From the NCBI GenBank assembly GCA_964010765.1, contig CAXGMD010000026.1, positions 1-38,347 of the forward strand: DNA of 38,347 bases, read 5' to 3'. The stretch's first letter is position 1. Every line of letters starts with the position of its first letter. The notes below the pieces were generated by a model. That model was given only the letters and a program-made list of their open reading frames with translations, had not been told where the DNA came from and ran no database searches. Of the stretch, positions 1-10,681 are shown one piece after another. Source of the stretch: an uncultured bacterium. GTDB taxonomy: Bacteria; SAR324; NAC60-12. The position numbers and the translations under genes were made by a program.

Positions 1-132
1 GATCTTGTGAGCCCACTTTTTCCTAAGGTTTTAACTTTGCTTGTTTCAGGGGTAAGGAGTCTAAAAAAAGCTTTGTGCACTTTTTGCACACCGACCCCGA
101 GCTAATAAAATTTTGCAAATTCACTGTAGGAT

Positions 133-576
133 ATGAACAAATTTAAGCTCCAAACAGCGCTAAAAGTTCGCGAGAGGCTCGAGAAACTATACCAAAAATC
201 CTTTGCTGAACAAGTACAGGTCACCCAGAGATTGACGGATCAATTAAATATTTTGGAAGAAGCACTCGAAGAGAACAATTCTGCTGTGGATCTTGCTAAG
301 CGAAACGGATTCACGATTGCAGATCTTGTGAGAGCGAACGGATTCGGACAGCGACTGAAATATCATCAATCTGTCGTGCAAGATCAAATGATCGAACAGC
401 AAGAGTTGATGGAACGTCGAAGGCAAGAACTGGTTTCGGCAACTCAACAGAAGCGTGTTCTGGAGATCTTGCGTGAGAAGCACGAACTCAAAGAGAGTGA
501 GAGGCTTCAAAAAGAGGAAACTTTTGAGTTAGACGAAATTTCACTGAACTTAAGACGTTATCGTCAGGAATCCTAA
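133..576 (+). CDS. fliJ: Flagellar export chaperone FliJ
   Basis: 147 aa all-helical; N-term MNKFKLQTALKVRE and C-term EETFELDE match FliJ ends; first gene of fliK-flgD-flgE run. Confidence 0.85.
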   Translation: MNKFKLQTALKVRERLEKLYQKSFAEQVQVTQRLTDQLNILEEALEENNSAVDLAKRNGFTIADLVRANGFGQRLKYHQSVVQDQMIEQQELMERRRQELVSATQQKRVLEILREKHELKESERLQKEETFELDEISLNLRRYRQES

Positions 577-599
577 TTTGAAATAGAACACTTTAGCCA

Positions 600-1202
600 A
601 TGTTTCTTTATTCACATCGTATTTCCCTTACGCTCATGATGCCCTTGCTGGTTGGCTCTCTTCTGGTGGCAAGGCCCGCTTATAGCATTCCGACGACTCT
701 TGAAGAAGGGCAGCAGTGGATTGGGGAGCTGTGTGCAGATTTCGGGATTGAATTCTGTGCGTATGTCCCTCAGGAAGATGAGGCGGACGCAAAAAAACCT
801 CTGAGGCTGACAGCCACAGAGCGTCAGGTCCTCACTAGATTAGTTGAGCAGCAGGAAAATCTAGAGAGAAGAGGGCGTGATCTTGATCGCCGCGAAACCC
901 AATTACAAGCCCTCCAGGAAGACGTTCAACGACAGATAGTTCAACTGGAGCGAATACAACAAGATATTGAACAGTCGATTGAAACGAAAAAAGCTCAGGA
1001 TATTGAGCAGCTTGAAAAAGCTGTTTCTTTCTACACCAGGATGGATCCTGCAGCAGCAGCTTTATCAATAGCAAATTTAGATCAAAAAACTGCTGTTAAC
1101 ATCTTGATGAGAATGAAAGACAAGCAAGCATCTGCAGTACTTGAAAGTATGACTGCAGAGCGTTCCTCAGAACTGATAGACTCAATTGCGCGTAAGCGCT
1201 GA
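600..1202 (+). CDS. MotE/YlxF/FlbB-like flagellar protein (coiled coil plus MgtE_N-like domain)
   Basis: N-terminal hydrophobic segment, long coiled coil, C-terminal YTRMDPAAAA...ILMRMKDKQASAVLESM; sits between fliJ and fliK as in Bacillus and spirochaetes. Confidence 0.75.
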   Translation: MFLYSHRISLTLMMPLLVGSLLVARPAYSIPTTLEEGQQWIGELCADFGIEFCAYVPQEDEADAKKPLRLTATERQVLTRLVEQQENLERRGRDLDRRETQLQALQEDVQRQIVQLERIQQDIEQSIETKKAQDIEQLEKAVSFYTRMDPAAAALSIANLDQKTAVNILMRMKDKQASAVLESMTAERSSELIDSIARKR

Positions 1203-1220
1203 AAACTAGGAGCCCTAAAG

Positions 1221-2984
1221 ATGATTGATGCCTTACAATTAGCTCCCACAGCCAACAAATCTCTGTTGGCAAAGAAGCCAGAGCCGTACAGTAGCTCTTT
1301 CAAAGAAACTTTGCGGCAGGCGGATGGTTCAGATAAAGAATATTTGGAAACAAGTTCAAATGTCCGTGATCGTGAGGAAACCAGACCAGATAGCCGAGAA
1401 GAGATTCGTAGAAAGATAGCCGAAGGTAAGGAGAGCAAAGGTGATCATCGTATCAAGATTGTTGATTCAGATGAAGAGATGCCAAGGGGGCCAGAAGAAA
1501 TCGCTGTTCTCGAAAGAGCCTTGCGAGCGCTTGATGAAAAAGCCAAAGAACTTGAATTTAACGAAGGTGAAATCGTTGGCGAACTTACAGAAGAACAATC
1601 TGCTGAACTGGCTAGATTGCGATCAATGATTGAAGGTGTATTGAATGGTGAAGAACCTTTTCAAGAGTTAATCGCTGAAGATCACGAAGCCTTTGCTTCA
1701 CTTCTAGCCACCTTGAACCTAGAAGAAGGTGATGCAGCCAGACTAGAGCGCGATCTTGGATTTACTGGATTCGGAGAGCCGACTGGGGAGGAAGTACACA
1801 ATGACGGTAGTATCGTAGTAAACGGTTTTGGTAGTGGTTCTAGATCTCTCGCTGATGATCCAAATCTTGGAAGGTTGCAAGCGAAAGTTGGGGATAATCC
1901 AGAAAGTGGGAATCCTGATCTTGAACTGGTAGCTCTCAAAGAACGTAAAAATTTAATGAATTTGACAGAAGTGCAGGAAGCTGAAGATCTTGATCCCAAT
2001 GATCCTAGATTCAATTCCGGCACAATTGATTCTGAACGCGCTGAAATGAGTATCGAAGAACAAATTCAGATAGCTAAAGCAAATCGGCTGGTGAATCAAG
2101 AATTAGAAGCTACTACAAAAGCAGCTTTCTCTAAGCAGGAAATCTTAAAAAATTCTTCATCAGAATTAGCGATTCAGAAAGATTTGACGCAGCAACAAAA
2201 GCTAGAAGAAATCTTGATGCACCAGCATGTCGAGGGAAAGAATCTTGAGGCAGAACAAACTTTAGAATCTCTGAAAGCTCAACAAATGATTCTTGGAGGA
2301 AATGCTTCAACTAATTCCAATTCCATCGACCATGCTCGCTTAGCCACATCAATGAATGGATTGAATGCCATTACTTTGGAAATGCAGCAACAGAGGGAGA
2401 ACGCTAGTGTGAGAGATTTTCTCAACAACGGTGAACAGGAATCAAATAATTCTGGAAATCTCCCCCAAAGCCAACTCTCTAAGATTGCATCGGCGTCCGA
2501 CGCCAAATCCGCAAGTGGTATGACCTTTGCGCAGATCCAAGATTTGTTGGCAGAATCTCCGTTTGATATGTCTCAACTGACACGCAATCTTCGGAAAGGT
2601 AGAGAAGGAGAATCCCAAGAAGTGACCTTGCGTTTGCGCCCTGATGAATTGGGGACATTGACGATGAAAGTAAGGCAGCTTGGCGATCGATTGCAGGTTG
2701 AGATGCAGGTCGAAAATCCTCACGTGAAGCAACTTGTTGAATCAGATCTGGAACAACTTCGAAATCGTTTCCTTGATAAAGAATTTAATTTCTCTGAAAT
2801 GGAACTCACTGTGAATATTGACGCACGTTCAGATGCAGATTCACAGGCGTTTGCGAATCAGGGCCGTTATCAGGAGGATACAACGGCAGTTAGTCAGAAA
2901 CAGAGAATGAACGCTGCTCAGGAGACTGCTTCAGCAGTTCGTCAACAAACTCGCTCAGATGGCAGCTTGAACCTCTATGCTTGA
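1221..2984 (+). CDS. fliK: Flagellar hook-length control protein FliK
   Basis: Long acidic low-complexity N-region; C-terminal LRLRPDELGTLTMKV...VKQLVESDLEQLRNRF motif; ends LNLYA; AGGAG upstream; precedes flgD. Confidence 0.85.
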   Translation: MIDALQLAPTANKSLLAKKPEPYSSSFKETLRQADGSDKEYLETSSNVRDREETRPDSREEIRRKIAEGKESKGDHRIKIVDSDEEMPRGPEEIAVLERALRALDEKAKELEFNEGEIVGELTEEQSAELARLRSMIEGVLNGEEPFQELIAEDHEAFASLLATLNLEEGDAARLERDLGFTGFGEPTGEEVHNDGSIVVNGFGSGSRSLADDPNLGRLQAKVGDNPESGNPDLELVALKERKNLMNLTEVQEAEDLDPNDPRFNSGTIDSERAEMSIEEQIQIAKANRLVNQELEATTKAAFSKQEILKNSSSELAIQKDLTQQQKLEEILMHQHVEGKNLEAEQTLESLKAQQMILGGNASTNSNSIDHARLATSMNGLNAITLEMQQQRENASVRDFLNNGEQESNNSGNLPQSQLSKIASASDAKSASGMTFAQIQDLLAESPFDMSQLTRNLRKGREGESQEVTLRLRPDELGTLTMKVRQLGDRLQVEMQVENPHVKQLVESDLEQLRNRFLDKEFNFSEMELTVNIDARSDADSQAFANQGRYQEDTTAVSQKQRMNAAQETASAVRQQTRSDGSLNLYA

Positions 2985-3002
2985 TGCAAAAAGGAGATTT
3001 TG

Positions 3003-3776
3003 ATGAATATCAATGATGTCAATCAAACTATTAATGTTGCGCAGACATCTCAACGTCAACTAGCAACCAGCAATTCAAAAGATGGCAAAGAACTTGGTAA
3101 GCAGGACTTTCTGAATTTGCTCATGACTCAAATGTCCCACCAAGATCCGATGGATCCAATGAACACGGACAGCATGATGCAGCAGATGGCTTCGCTAGGA
3201 ACGGTGGAACAACTTCAAAATCTAAATGCTAAGACCGATTCGTTGCTAAATTATCAAGAACAATTGATGCGTTCAGGTTCTGCTGGTTTCTTAGGTAAGG
3301 ATGTAGAGGTTCAAGCAAATGAAATTCAACTGATGAATGGAGCATCTGCCCCAGTCTCTTATGAACTGGTGGGTGATGCGGATGAGGTGGTTATTCAGAT
3401 TATGAATGAAGTAGGTGATGTAGTTCGTCAAATCCCTCAAGAAGCAAGGAGCCAAGGTCATCACAATGTGCTTTGGGATGGCATGGATAACGAAGGTGAT
3501 CCTCTCTCCGATGGTACTTACTCAGTTAACGTAATTGCAAGAACACAAGAAGGAGCACTTGTTGATACTTTGCTATCAAAGTCAGGACAAGTTCAGGATA
3601 TTCGTTTTGAAGGTGGAGGTGCACAAATAAAAGTGAATAATGAGTGGATCTCAACAGGAGACATCAAAGGATTGGGCGATAAGACGGATCGGAGATTCGC
3701 ACAAGCGCAACCGATGCCGCTACACACAGAACTGCAACTTCGTCAGGCATATGGCCGCTTAAGAGATCAAGAATAA
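3003..3776 (+). CDS. flgD: Flagellar hook-capping protein FlgD
   Basis: LGKQDFLNLLMTQMSHQDPMDPM motif and WDGMDNEGDPLSDGTY Ig-like motif; ATG 3003 chosen after AAGGAG (2991-2996). Confidence 0.93.
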   Translation: MNINDVNQTINVAQTSQRQLATSNSKDGKELGKQDFLNLLMTQMSHQDPMDPMNTDSMMQQMASLGTVEQLQNLNAKTDSLLNYQEQLMRSGSAGFLGKDVEVQANEIQLMNGASAPVSYELVGDADEVVIQIMNEVGDVVRQIPQEARSQGHHNVLWDGMDNEGDPLSDGTYSVNVIARTQEGALVDTLLSKSGQVQDIRFEGGGAQIKVNNEWISTGDIKGLGDKTDRRFAQAQPMPLHTELQLRQAYGRLRDQE

Positions 3777-3811
3777 ATTCTTTCCCCGTAGCCAATAATT
3801 AGGAGCAATTC

Positions 3812-5296
3812 ATGGCACTACTTGGATCATTGCAAACAGGCGCCAGTGGCGTTCGAACTCATGGAAAAGCGATGGCTGTCGTTGGTAACAACATCGCAAA
3901 TGTGAACACCTTTGGCTTCAAAAGAAATGAAGTTGCCTTCGAAGATGTAATGGGGAACGAGTATCCTCAGGGAGCATCTTTTACTCAGGTTACTAATGGA
4001 GTAAAAATCGGTGCAGTGAAGCAAGATTTCACTCAGGGAACCTTTGAAAATACAAGTTCTCATACGGATATGGCTATTGGAGGGAATGGGTTCTTCACTC
4101 TAATCAACCCCAGATCAGGCCAGGAAATTTATAGCCGAAATGGTCAATTTACTTTTGACAAAGAGGGGTTTCTTTCAACAGAACGCGGAATGCGTGTACA
4201 AGCAATTGAAGTTGACCGAAACACCAAAGAAAGCAAAGGACTTCCTGGATCTTTGAAAGTGTTAGGACTAGTCGATCCTCCTCAGGTAACAGGAAATGGA
4301 GCTGACGGTACAGGAATTCGAGTTTCAGCAAATTTGGATTCGAATGCAGTGATCAAAGATGTTCCTTTTGATCCTACCAATGTCCGTGATTCGATGTACA
4401 ATTTTTCTACATCGGTAACGGTCTATGATCGATATGGTGATCCACATACATCCACAGTCGCCTTCCGGAAACGTCCTGACTTGCCAGAGCAAATTGACCC
4501 AGCTACGGGCCAACCAATTCCTGGAACAGGCGTAATCAATCAATGGGAATACTATCTAATGTTTGATGGTGGTTCCATTGGGCAAATGCCTGGAAACCAA
4601 ATAGCTGTTGGTGGTGGCTTTCTGCAGTTTACTGAAGATGGAAAGTTGATCGCTGCAACTAGTGGCAGCTTTGAAGCTCAACCTGGAGGAGTCGATGCTC
4701 AAGGGAATCCTCTTCCATCAGGCCCCCCTAGATTAGTTCCCCAGCCTGTTGACCCGGAGACTGGAGTTCCCCAATTCGCAGTGCCGTTCAATGGTGAAAC
4801 ACCTGTCGTGATTGGTGTTCACTTGGGAGATGGTTACAACCCTGATGATCCCACAGATCCGAGAACTGGACTAGATGGCTTGACTCAGTTCGCAGGTCAA
4901 TACTCAGTTAGCAAAGCCAATGCAGATGGTAATCCTTCTGGGCAACTTGAAAATATCTTTGTGGAACCAGATGGCACGGTAAATGGAGTATTTGATACAG
5001 GCTACAGTAGGCCAATTGGTAGACTGATCCTAACAAAATTTGATAATCCCGGTAAGTTGATGCAGGTTGGCGACAACATGCTCCAGGAGTCTCTTGGAGC
5101 AGGTAAGAAAGTCGCAGGTGAACCGGGGACACCAGGATTCGGAGAAGTGCGTAGCAAGAGTCTGGAGCAATCCAATGTGGATCTGTCTCTAGAATTTGTG
5201 AAAATGATCGAATCGCAAAGAGCTTTCCAAGCTAATGCGAAGACCGTCACCGCTACTGATGAAATGATCACGGATCTGGTGAATATGAAGAGATAA
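3812..5296 (+). CDS. flgE: Flagellar hook protein FlgE
   Basis: GNNIANVNTFGFK N-motif, DMAIGGNGFF, YSRNGQF, LEQSNVDLSLEFVKMIESQRAFQANAKTV C-motif. Confidence 0.95.
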   Translation: MALLGSLQTGASGVRTHGKAMAVVGNNIANVNTFGFKRNEVAFEDVMGNEYPQGASFTQVTNGVKIGAVKQDFTQGTFENTSSHTDMAIGGNGFFTLINPRSGQEIYSRNGQFTFDKEGFLSTERGMRVQAIEVDRNTKESKGLPGSLKVLGLVDPPQVTGNGADGTGIRVSANLDSNAVIKDVPFDPTNVRDSMYNFSTSVTVYDRYGDPHTSTVAFRKRPDLPEQIDPATGQPIPGTGVINQWEYYLMFDGGSIGQMPGNQIAVGGGFLQFTEDGKLIAATSGSFEAQPGGVDAQGNPLPSGPPRLVPQPVDPETGVPQFAVPFNGETPVVIGVHLGDGYNPDDPTDPRTGLDGLTQFAGQYSVSKANADGNPSGQLENIFVEPDGTVNGVFDTGYSRPIGRLILTKFDNPGKLMQVGDNMLQESLGAGKKVAGEPGTPGFGEVRSKSLEQSNVDLSLEFVKMIESQRAFQANAKTVTATDEMITDLVNMKR

Positions 5297-5339
5297 TTTT
5301 TGAGGCCTTTCTTAGGCCATCAACACATATTTTGAAGCC

Positions 5340-5678
5340 ATGCTGAAACTTTCCATGGAATTTAATCTCCTGAGAAAGCCATTATTAGTGGCTACTACTC
5401 TAATTGGGCTGCATACCGGAGTCATGGGACAGACAACGGAAACCCAAAATCAGGTAGATCAATTTTCCGCTGTAAGCATGGAAGCACAACGGTTAATTTT
5501 CGAAATGTCGCAGATTGAAGGTGACAGGGCCAAGGGCATAGCACTTAAAAGACCAATTAGGAAAAATGTAGGGCGATTTGGCAATACGATTGAATACAAA
5601 TCGCCTCGAAGAAGACCGAGTTCGTCACGCAAATTGATAATTGGGCGTTCCCAGTCTTACATGTCCGCAATACCCTGA
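5340..5678 (+). CDS. Hypothetical protein, possible signal peptide, basic C-terminus
   Basis: 112 aa ORF 43 nt after flgE; RKPLLVATTLIGLHTGVMG resembles a signal peptide; start could be 5355; 3' end overlaps pyrF by 22 nt. Confidence 0.45.
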   Translation: MLKLSMEFNLLRKPLLVATTLIGLHTGVMGQTTETQNQVDQFSAVSMEAQRLIFEMSQIEGDRAKGIALKRPIRKNVGRFGNTIEYKSPRRRPSSSRKLIIGRSQSYMSAIP

Positions 5679-6358
5679 TTAGTAAGGCTAATCTCGTTCA
5701 AAATGTGTCTAGCCGCATTCAAATAATCCATCCTCCCAACAATCGGCCTCCCTACTACCAACAGATTCGCTCCATCTGACACGGCCTCTGCAGGGGCCAT
5801 TGTACGTTTTTGGTCCCCTGTGTCGTCTTTCAATCCTCGAATACCAGGGCAAACTCTTAACAAAGTTTTTTCAGGATCAATTTGATCTAGCAAATGTAAG
5901 TCCTTTGGAGAACAGACAACACCAGTAATTCCAGTTTCGCGAGCTTCTCGAAAGAGCTTGTGGAGGGTTTCAGCAGGTGAACCTCCATAAATCCTTTTAC
6001 ATTCATCCGGGATTGCAGAAGTTAAGAGAGAAACTCCTAGAATTCCCACCCCTTTGTCAGAAATCTTTTCTAATGTTGATCGACCCATTGAAAGATGCAC
6101 AGTTGCCAAGTCAACATTCAAATTTGAAAGCCAAACGACAGCATTTTCGACCGTGTTCGGAATATCATACAGTTTGAGGTCGACAAAGACTTTCCCAAGT
6201 TTTTTCAATTCAGCAACCCATTCAACTCCTGCAAAAGTCAGTGAGTGCCCAATTTTAAAACCCCACAACCCATTTGTTTGTAAATGGGACAAGTCACTTG
6301 CTACCTGTAAAGCCTTGTCAGGGGTCATGCCATCCAGTGCTACAATCAATTCACTCAT
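5657..6358 (-). CDS. pyrF: Orotidine 5'-phosphate decarboxylase
   Basis: LIVALD, GFKIG, FVDLKLYDIPNTV catalytic motif, PGIR, DQKR, VVGRPI. Confidence 0.95.
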   Translation of the reverse strand: MSELIVALDGMTPDKALQVASDLSHLQTNGLWGFKIGHSLTFAGVEWVAELKKLGKVFVDLKLYDIPNTVENAVVWLSNLNVDLATVHLSMGRSTLEKISDKGVGILGVSLLTSAIPDECKRIYGGSPAETLHKLFREARETGITGVVCSPKDLHLLDQIDPEKTLLRVCPGIRGLKDDTGDQKRTMAPAEAVSDGANLLVVGRPIVGRMDYLNAARHILNEISLTNQGIADM

Positions 6359-6948
6359 AAGCGGGCAGCTTTGATTGATGAATGAAATTCTCTAGCCTCC
6401 TGCAATGTGGTCAGAGAATAGACAGGTACGTTTTTTACAGCTAACCCACTAGGAGAACGTCTGTCAACTCCCACGACAATAGCTGCAAATTTAACATCAA
6501 AAGCCTTCAGGACTTTTTCCATTCCAGTGATTTTTGTCGATGCACTCGTAATCACATCATCTACAAAGACTATAACATTTTCATTTGTGGGAACCTTTCC
6601 GACAAAGCTTCCTCCGTCTCCATGTTTCTTCTCCTCCTTCCGATCGAATAGATAACCAACGTCTCGACTTCGAAGTTCCGCCAATTCTACGGACACAGCA
6701 CAAGCCAAAGGAATCCCCTTGTAAGCGCTACCATAGATCAAATTACATTCTGGAATTTCTAGCTGAATGACTTTAGCCAAAAATCTGGAAAGCTTTCTGA
6801 GTTTGTTTCCTGAGTTGAATGATGACGAGTCAAAAAAAACATCTGAATTGCTTCCATTTTTTAGCGTAAATTCTCCGAATTTGAAGGCCTGACACTCGAC
6901 TGCAAACTTCAAGAATTCTTGCCCTAAATCCTTCTGCAACGTATTCAT
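6355..6948 (-). CDS. pyrE: Orotate phosphoribosyltransferase
   Basis: FGEFTLKNG, GSAYKGIPLA, RKEEKKHGDGG, VFVDDVIT PRPP-binding motif; ATGA overlap with pyrF. Confidence 0.93.
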   Translation of the reverse strand: MNTLQKDLGQEFLKFAVECQAFKFGEFTLKNGSNSDVFFDSSSFNSGNKLRKLSRFLAKVIQLEIPECNLIYGSAYKGIPLACAVSVELAELRSRDVGYLFDRKEEKKHGDGGSFVGKVPTNENVIVFVDDVITSASTKITGMEKVLKAFDVKFAAIVVGVDRRSPSGLAVKNVPVYSLTTLQEAREFHSSIKAARL

Positions 6949-7049
6949 AACACTCGATTATCCTAATAAATAATTTGGAGAGCGAATCATATTTACTTCA
7001 GTAATTTTCAATCATCCACTATAATAGCTTCTTCTAGTGCTTTCAGTAA

Positions 7050-8453
<1,404 letters not shown>

Positions 8454-8457
8454 CCAC

Positions 8458-8502
8458 TAGATAAATGGAGGTGAGGTTCATTGCGATCTCGCTCTCCATC
8501 TA
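8458..8502 (+). other. Long imperfect intergenic stem-loop between metY and metA
   Basis: TAG(ATAA)ATGGAG-GTGAGGTT / GATCTCGC(T)CTCCATCTA pairing with G-U pairs; no U-tract. Confidence 0.5.
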
Positions 8503-8536
8503 TCCCCTTCAAATATTCCGATAGTAACTTTCATAA

Positions 8537-9430
8537 ATGACCCTAGTCATCGATCGGTCAAATCATACTCTTCCGCTCATTCGACAGGAACGTATTTCTT
8601 GGATTACACCAGAGGATGCGGAACGGCAGGATATTCGTCCATTGCGGATAGGTATTTTGAATATCATGCCCTTTGGTAAGGATTACGAGTTCAATCTCCT
8701 CCATCCACTGGGATTGTCTATTCTTCAAGTTGAGCCGGTTTGGATTCGTTTGGAATCACACGAGTATTCGTCAGGCGATCAACAGCACATGTCTGACCTC
8801 TATCAGACTTATGAAAAGGCGACTCAGTTATCCCGGTTGGATGGCCTGATTGTTACGGGTGCCCCAGTTGAAAAAATTCATTTCCATGAAGTACGTTACT
8901 GGAGTGAGATTTCAAAGATTATTCAAGACTCTCGATTGAATTGTCCAAGTACTTTGGGGATTTGTTGGGGGGCTTTTGCTCTGGCTTTTCTGCTTGGAGT
9001 GGACAAGTTGACCTACGACAACAAACTATTTGGTCTTTTTAAACTGCAGAATCTTGATTCTGGACACCCTATCACAGGGGAACTGGACGATGAATTCTGG
9101 TGTCCACAAAGTAGATATGCGGGCATTGATGATAGCCTGATGGAAGGAGCACAAAGGGATGGCAAATTAAATCTGCTAGCCTATGGGGAAAGGGCTGGTT
9201 ATTCAATTTTTGAAACTCCTGATCATCGATTCGTGATGCACAGTGGTCATCCAGAGTACAATTCAAGGCGCATTGTGTACGAGGCTGAACGCGATAAGCT
9301 AGCAGGAGATGTTTTGCCACCAGAGAACTTCGATCTTAGTAATCCAATAAATTGCTGGCGAGGACACCGCAATACCTTTTTTACCCAATGGTTGAAGTTC
9401 TGTTATCAGCAGATCAGTATGCCTCGGTGA
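8537..9430 (+). CDS. metA: Homoserine O-acyltransferase, MetA family (predicted acetyltransferase)
   Basis: QDIRPLRIGILNIMP, GLIVTGAPVE, catalytic ICWGA and GHPEY motifs. Confidence 0.92.
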   Translation: MTLVIDRSNHTLPLIRQERISWITPEDAERQDIRPLRIGILNIMPFGKDYEFNLLHPLGLSILQVEPVWIRLESHEYSSGDQQHMSDLYQTYEKATQLSRLDGLIVTGAPVEKIHFHEVRYWSEISKIIQDSRLNCPSTLGICWGAFALAFLLGVDKLTYDNKLFGLFKLQNLDSGHPITGELDDEFWCPQSRYAGIDDSLMEGAQRDGKLNLLAYGERAGYSIFETPDHRFVMHSGHPEYNSRRIVYEAERDKLAGDVLPPENFDLSNPINCWRGHRNTFFTQWLKFCYQQISMPR

Positions 9431-9465
9431 ATGTTGAACAGAGATATCAACTTAGAGGAAATTAT

Positions 9466-9948
9466 TCATCGTCGAAAGATGACCCAGAGCGCTCCACTAC
9501 CCCCCCAGCGAGGTGGAGCTTCTCGGACCTGTGCGATATACTTCCCCCCATTTTTTATCAGCCACTGCTCTACGGTCTGCTTAAGCACAGGGCCAGCTTG
9601 TGAACGGTTGCCTTTACCAGTAACAATCAATAATGAGTCAAGTCCATGCAAAGCACCGTAATGAACGTAATTCTCCACAAGCATTAAAGCTTCTTGTCGG
9701 TTTTTACCATGGAGATCGAGAGTTTCGTCTGGAGCGGTATGGCTTTGAAAAGCTTTGCGAGAAGTCTTTATTTTGGCTGGTTTTGATTTCTGATCAGGCA
9801 ATAAACTTGGGTCTGAATCTTCCTCTTTTCCAGGGATTTCGCCAATACTAGTAAAAATTTGATCCATCCAATTGGATTCAGTCGTTGAATCATCAAAAGA
9901 AAGGCTGGATTTTTTTGGATTATGAGGTGGGTTGGTTTTGGACTTCAA
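9466..9948 (-). CDS. Stand-alone Smr/MutS2 C-terminal domain protein
   Basis: LDLHG, IVTGKG, GGSGALWV motifs; TTG start 5 nt after AGGAGG. Confidence 0.88.
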   Translation of the reverse strand: MKSKTNPPHNPKKSSLSFDDSTTESNWMDQIFTSIGEIPGKEEDSDPSLLPDQKSKPAKIKTSRKAFQSHTAPDETLDLHGKNRQEALMLVENYVHYGALHGLDSLLIVTGKGNRSQAGPVLKQTVEQWLIKNGGKYIAQVREAPPRWGGSGALWVIFRR

Positions 9949-10007
9949 TGAGACCTCCTGACCAGCAAGGTAAGGGAGACAGGGACAGTTGCCCCTGATC
10001 AGATGTC

Positions 10008-10631
10008 TCAGAAATAATAGCGGGCAGCGAGTGCGTTGTAAAATCCTTGTTCTGTGCTTCCGAGGCCTTGCTGCCGTCGGAGCCCAAGTTCTGCTGACAA
10101 GCCAACATTGGGGTAGTTGATAGGGAAAAATTCAGAACCAGTGAATAGTCTGAAAAGAGTGCCTCGTTCATCTTCTTCGCTTTCGAAGCCGGCTCCTGCA
10201 CCGAGGAAGAGATTATGTCCGCCTTCATTCAGAACTACTCGAGCGAATCGGCCTTCTAATGAGAAATGAGTGATATCCATTTCTTCATGGTAGCCAATTA
10301 ACAATTCCAGAGAATCAATAGGGCTAAGCCAGTTCTTCAAACTAACTCGTTCTTCTGGGACCGCAGATGGTCGGTAATGAAGGCCAATTCCGAGTTTGCG
10401 AGCAAGATTTCTTTCGGCAGCTTCAAATTCAATCAAGCGAATGTCCACTCTTTCAACCTTGAGTACACCGAACCCTCGATCTGACTCAAGGTAAAGCATT
10501 TGCTCGTCCATACCCTGAATGCGGCCACTCAGTGATTCCCCGCTGTTGAGGTGAACCACGGCTCCGTATGCTGTGGCTGTCAAGGTCCATCCGATGAGCA
10601 AGACCAGCAGCAATCGTAGTTTTGAGAACAT
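10008..10631 (-). CDS. Putative outer-membrane beta-barrel protein with small N-terminal domain
   Basis: Start revised to ATG 10631 (AGAGG upstream); signal peptide MFSKLRLLLVLLIGWTLTATAYG; amphipathic beta-strands; C-terminal ARYYF beta-signal. Confidence 0.65.
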   Translation of the reverse strand: MFSKLRLLLVLLIGWTLTATAYGAVVHLNSGESLSGRIQGMDEQMLYLESDRGFGVLKVERVDIRLIEFEAAERNLARKLGIGLHYRPSAVPEERVSLKNWLSPIDSLELLIGYHEEMDITHFSLEGRFARVVLNEGGHNLFLGAGAGFESEEDERGTLFRLFTGSEFFPINYPNVGLSAELGLRRQQGLGSTEQGFYNALAARYYF

Positions 10632-10681
10632 TCTACCTCTCTGAATGATCGTAACAAACCGATGAATCCAACACCGGCGCA

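Noticed and set aside
6..16. TGTGAGCCCAC resembles the tRNA-Lys 3' end TGTCAGCCCAC (38334-38344), suggesting att direct repeats around the window
   Set aside because: Only 10 of 11 nt match, there is no integrase, and the enclosed genes are mostly core housekeeping genes.
73..90. Possible sigma54 promoter or TGTGCA-N5-TGCACA inverted repeat upstream of fliJ
   Set aside because: Lacks the invariant GG at -24 with correct spacing to TTGC; a 6-bp inverted repeat alone is too weak.
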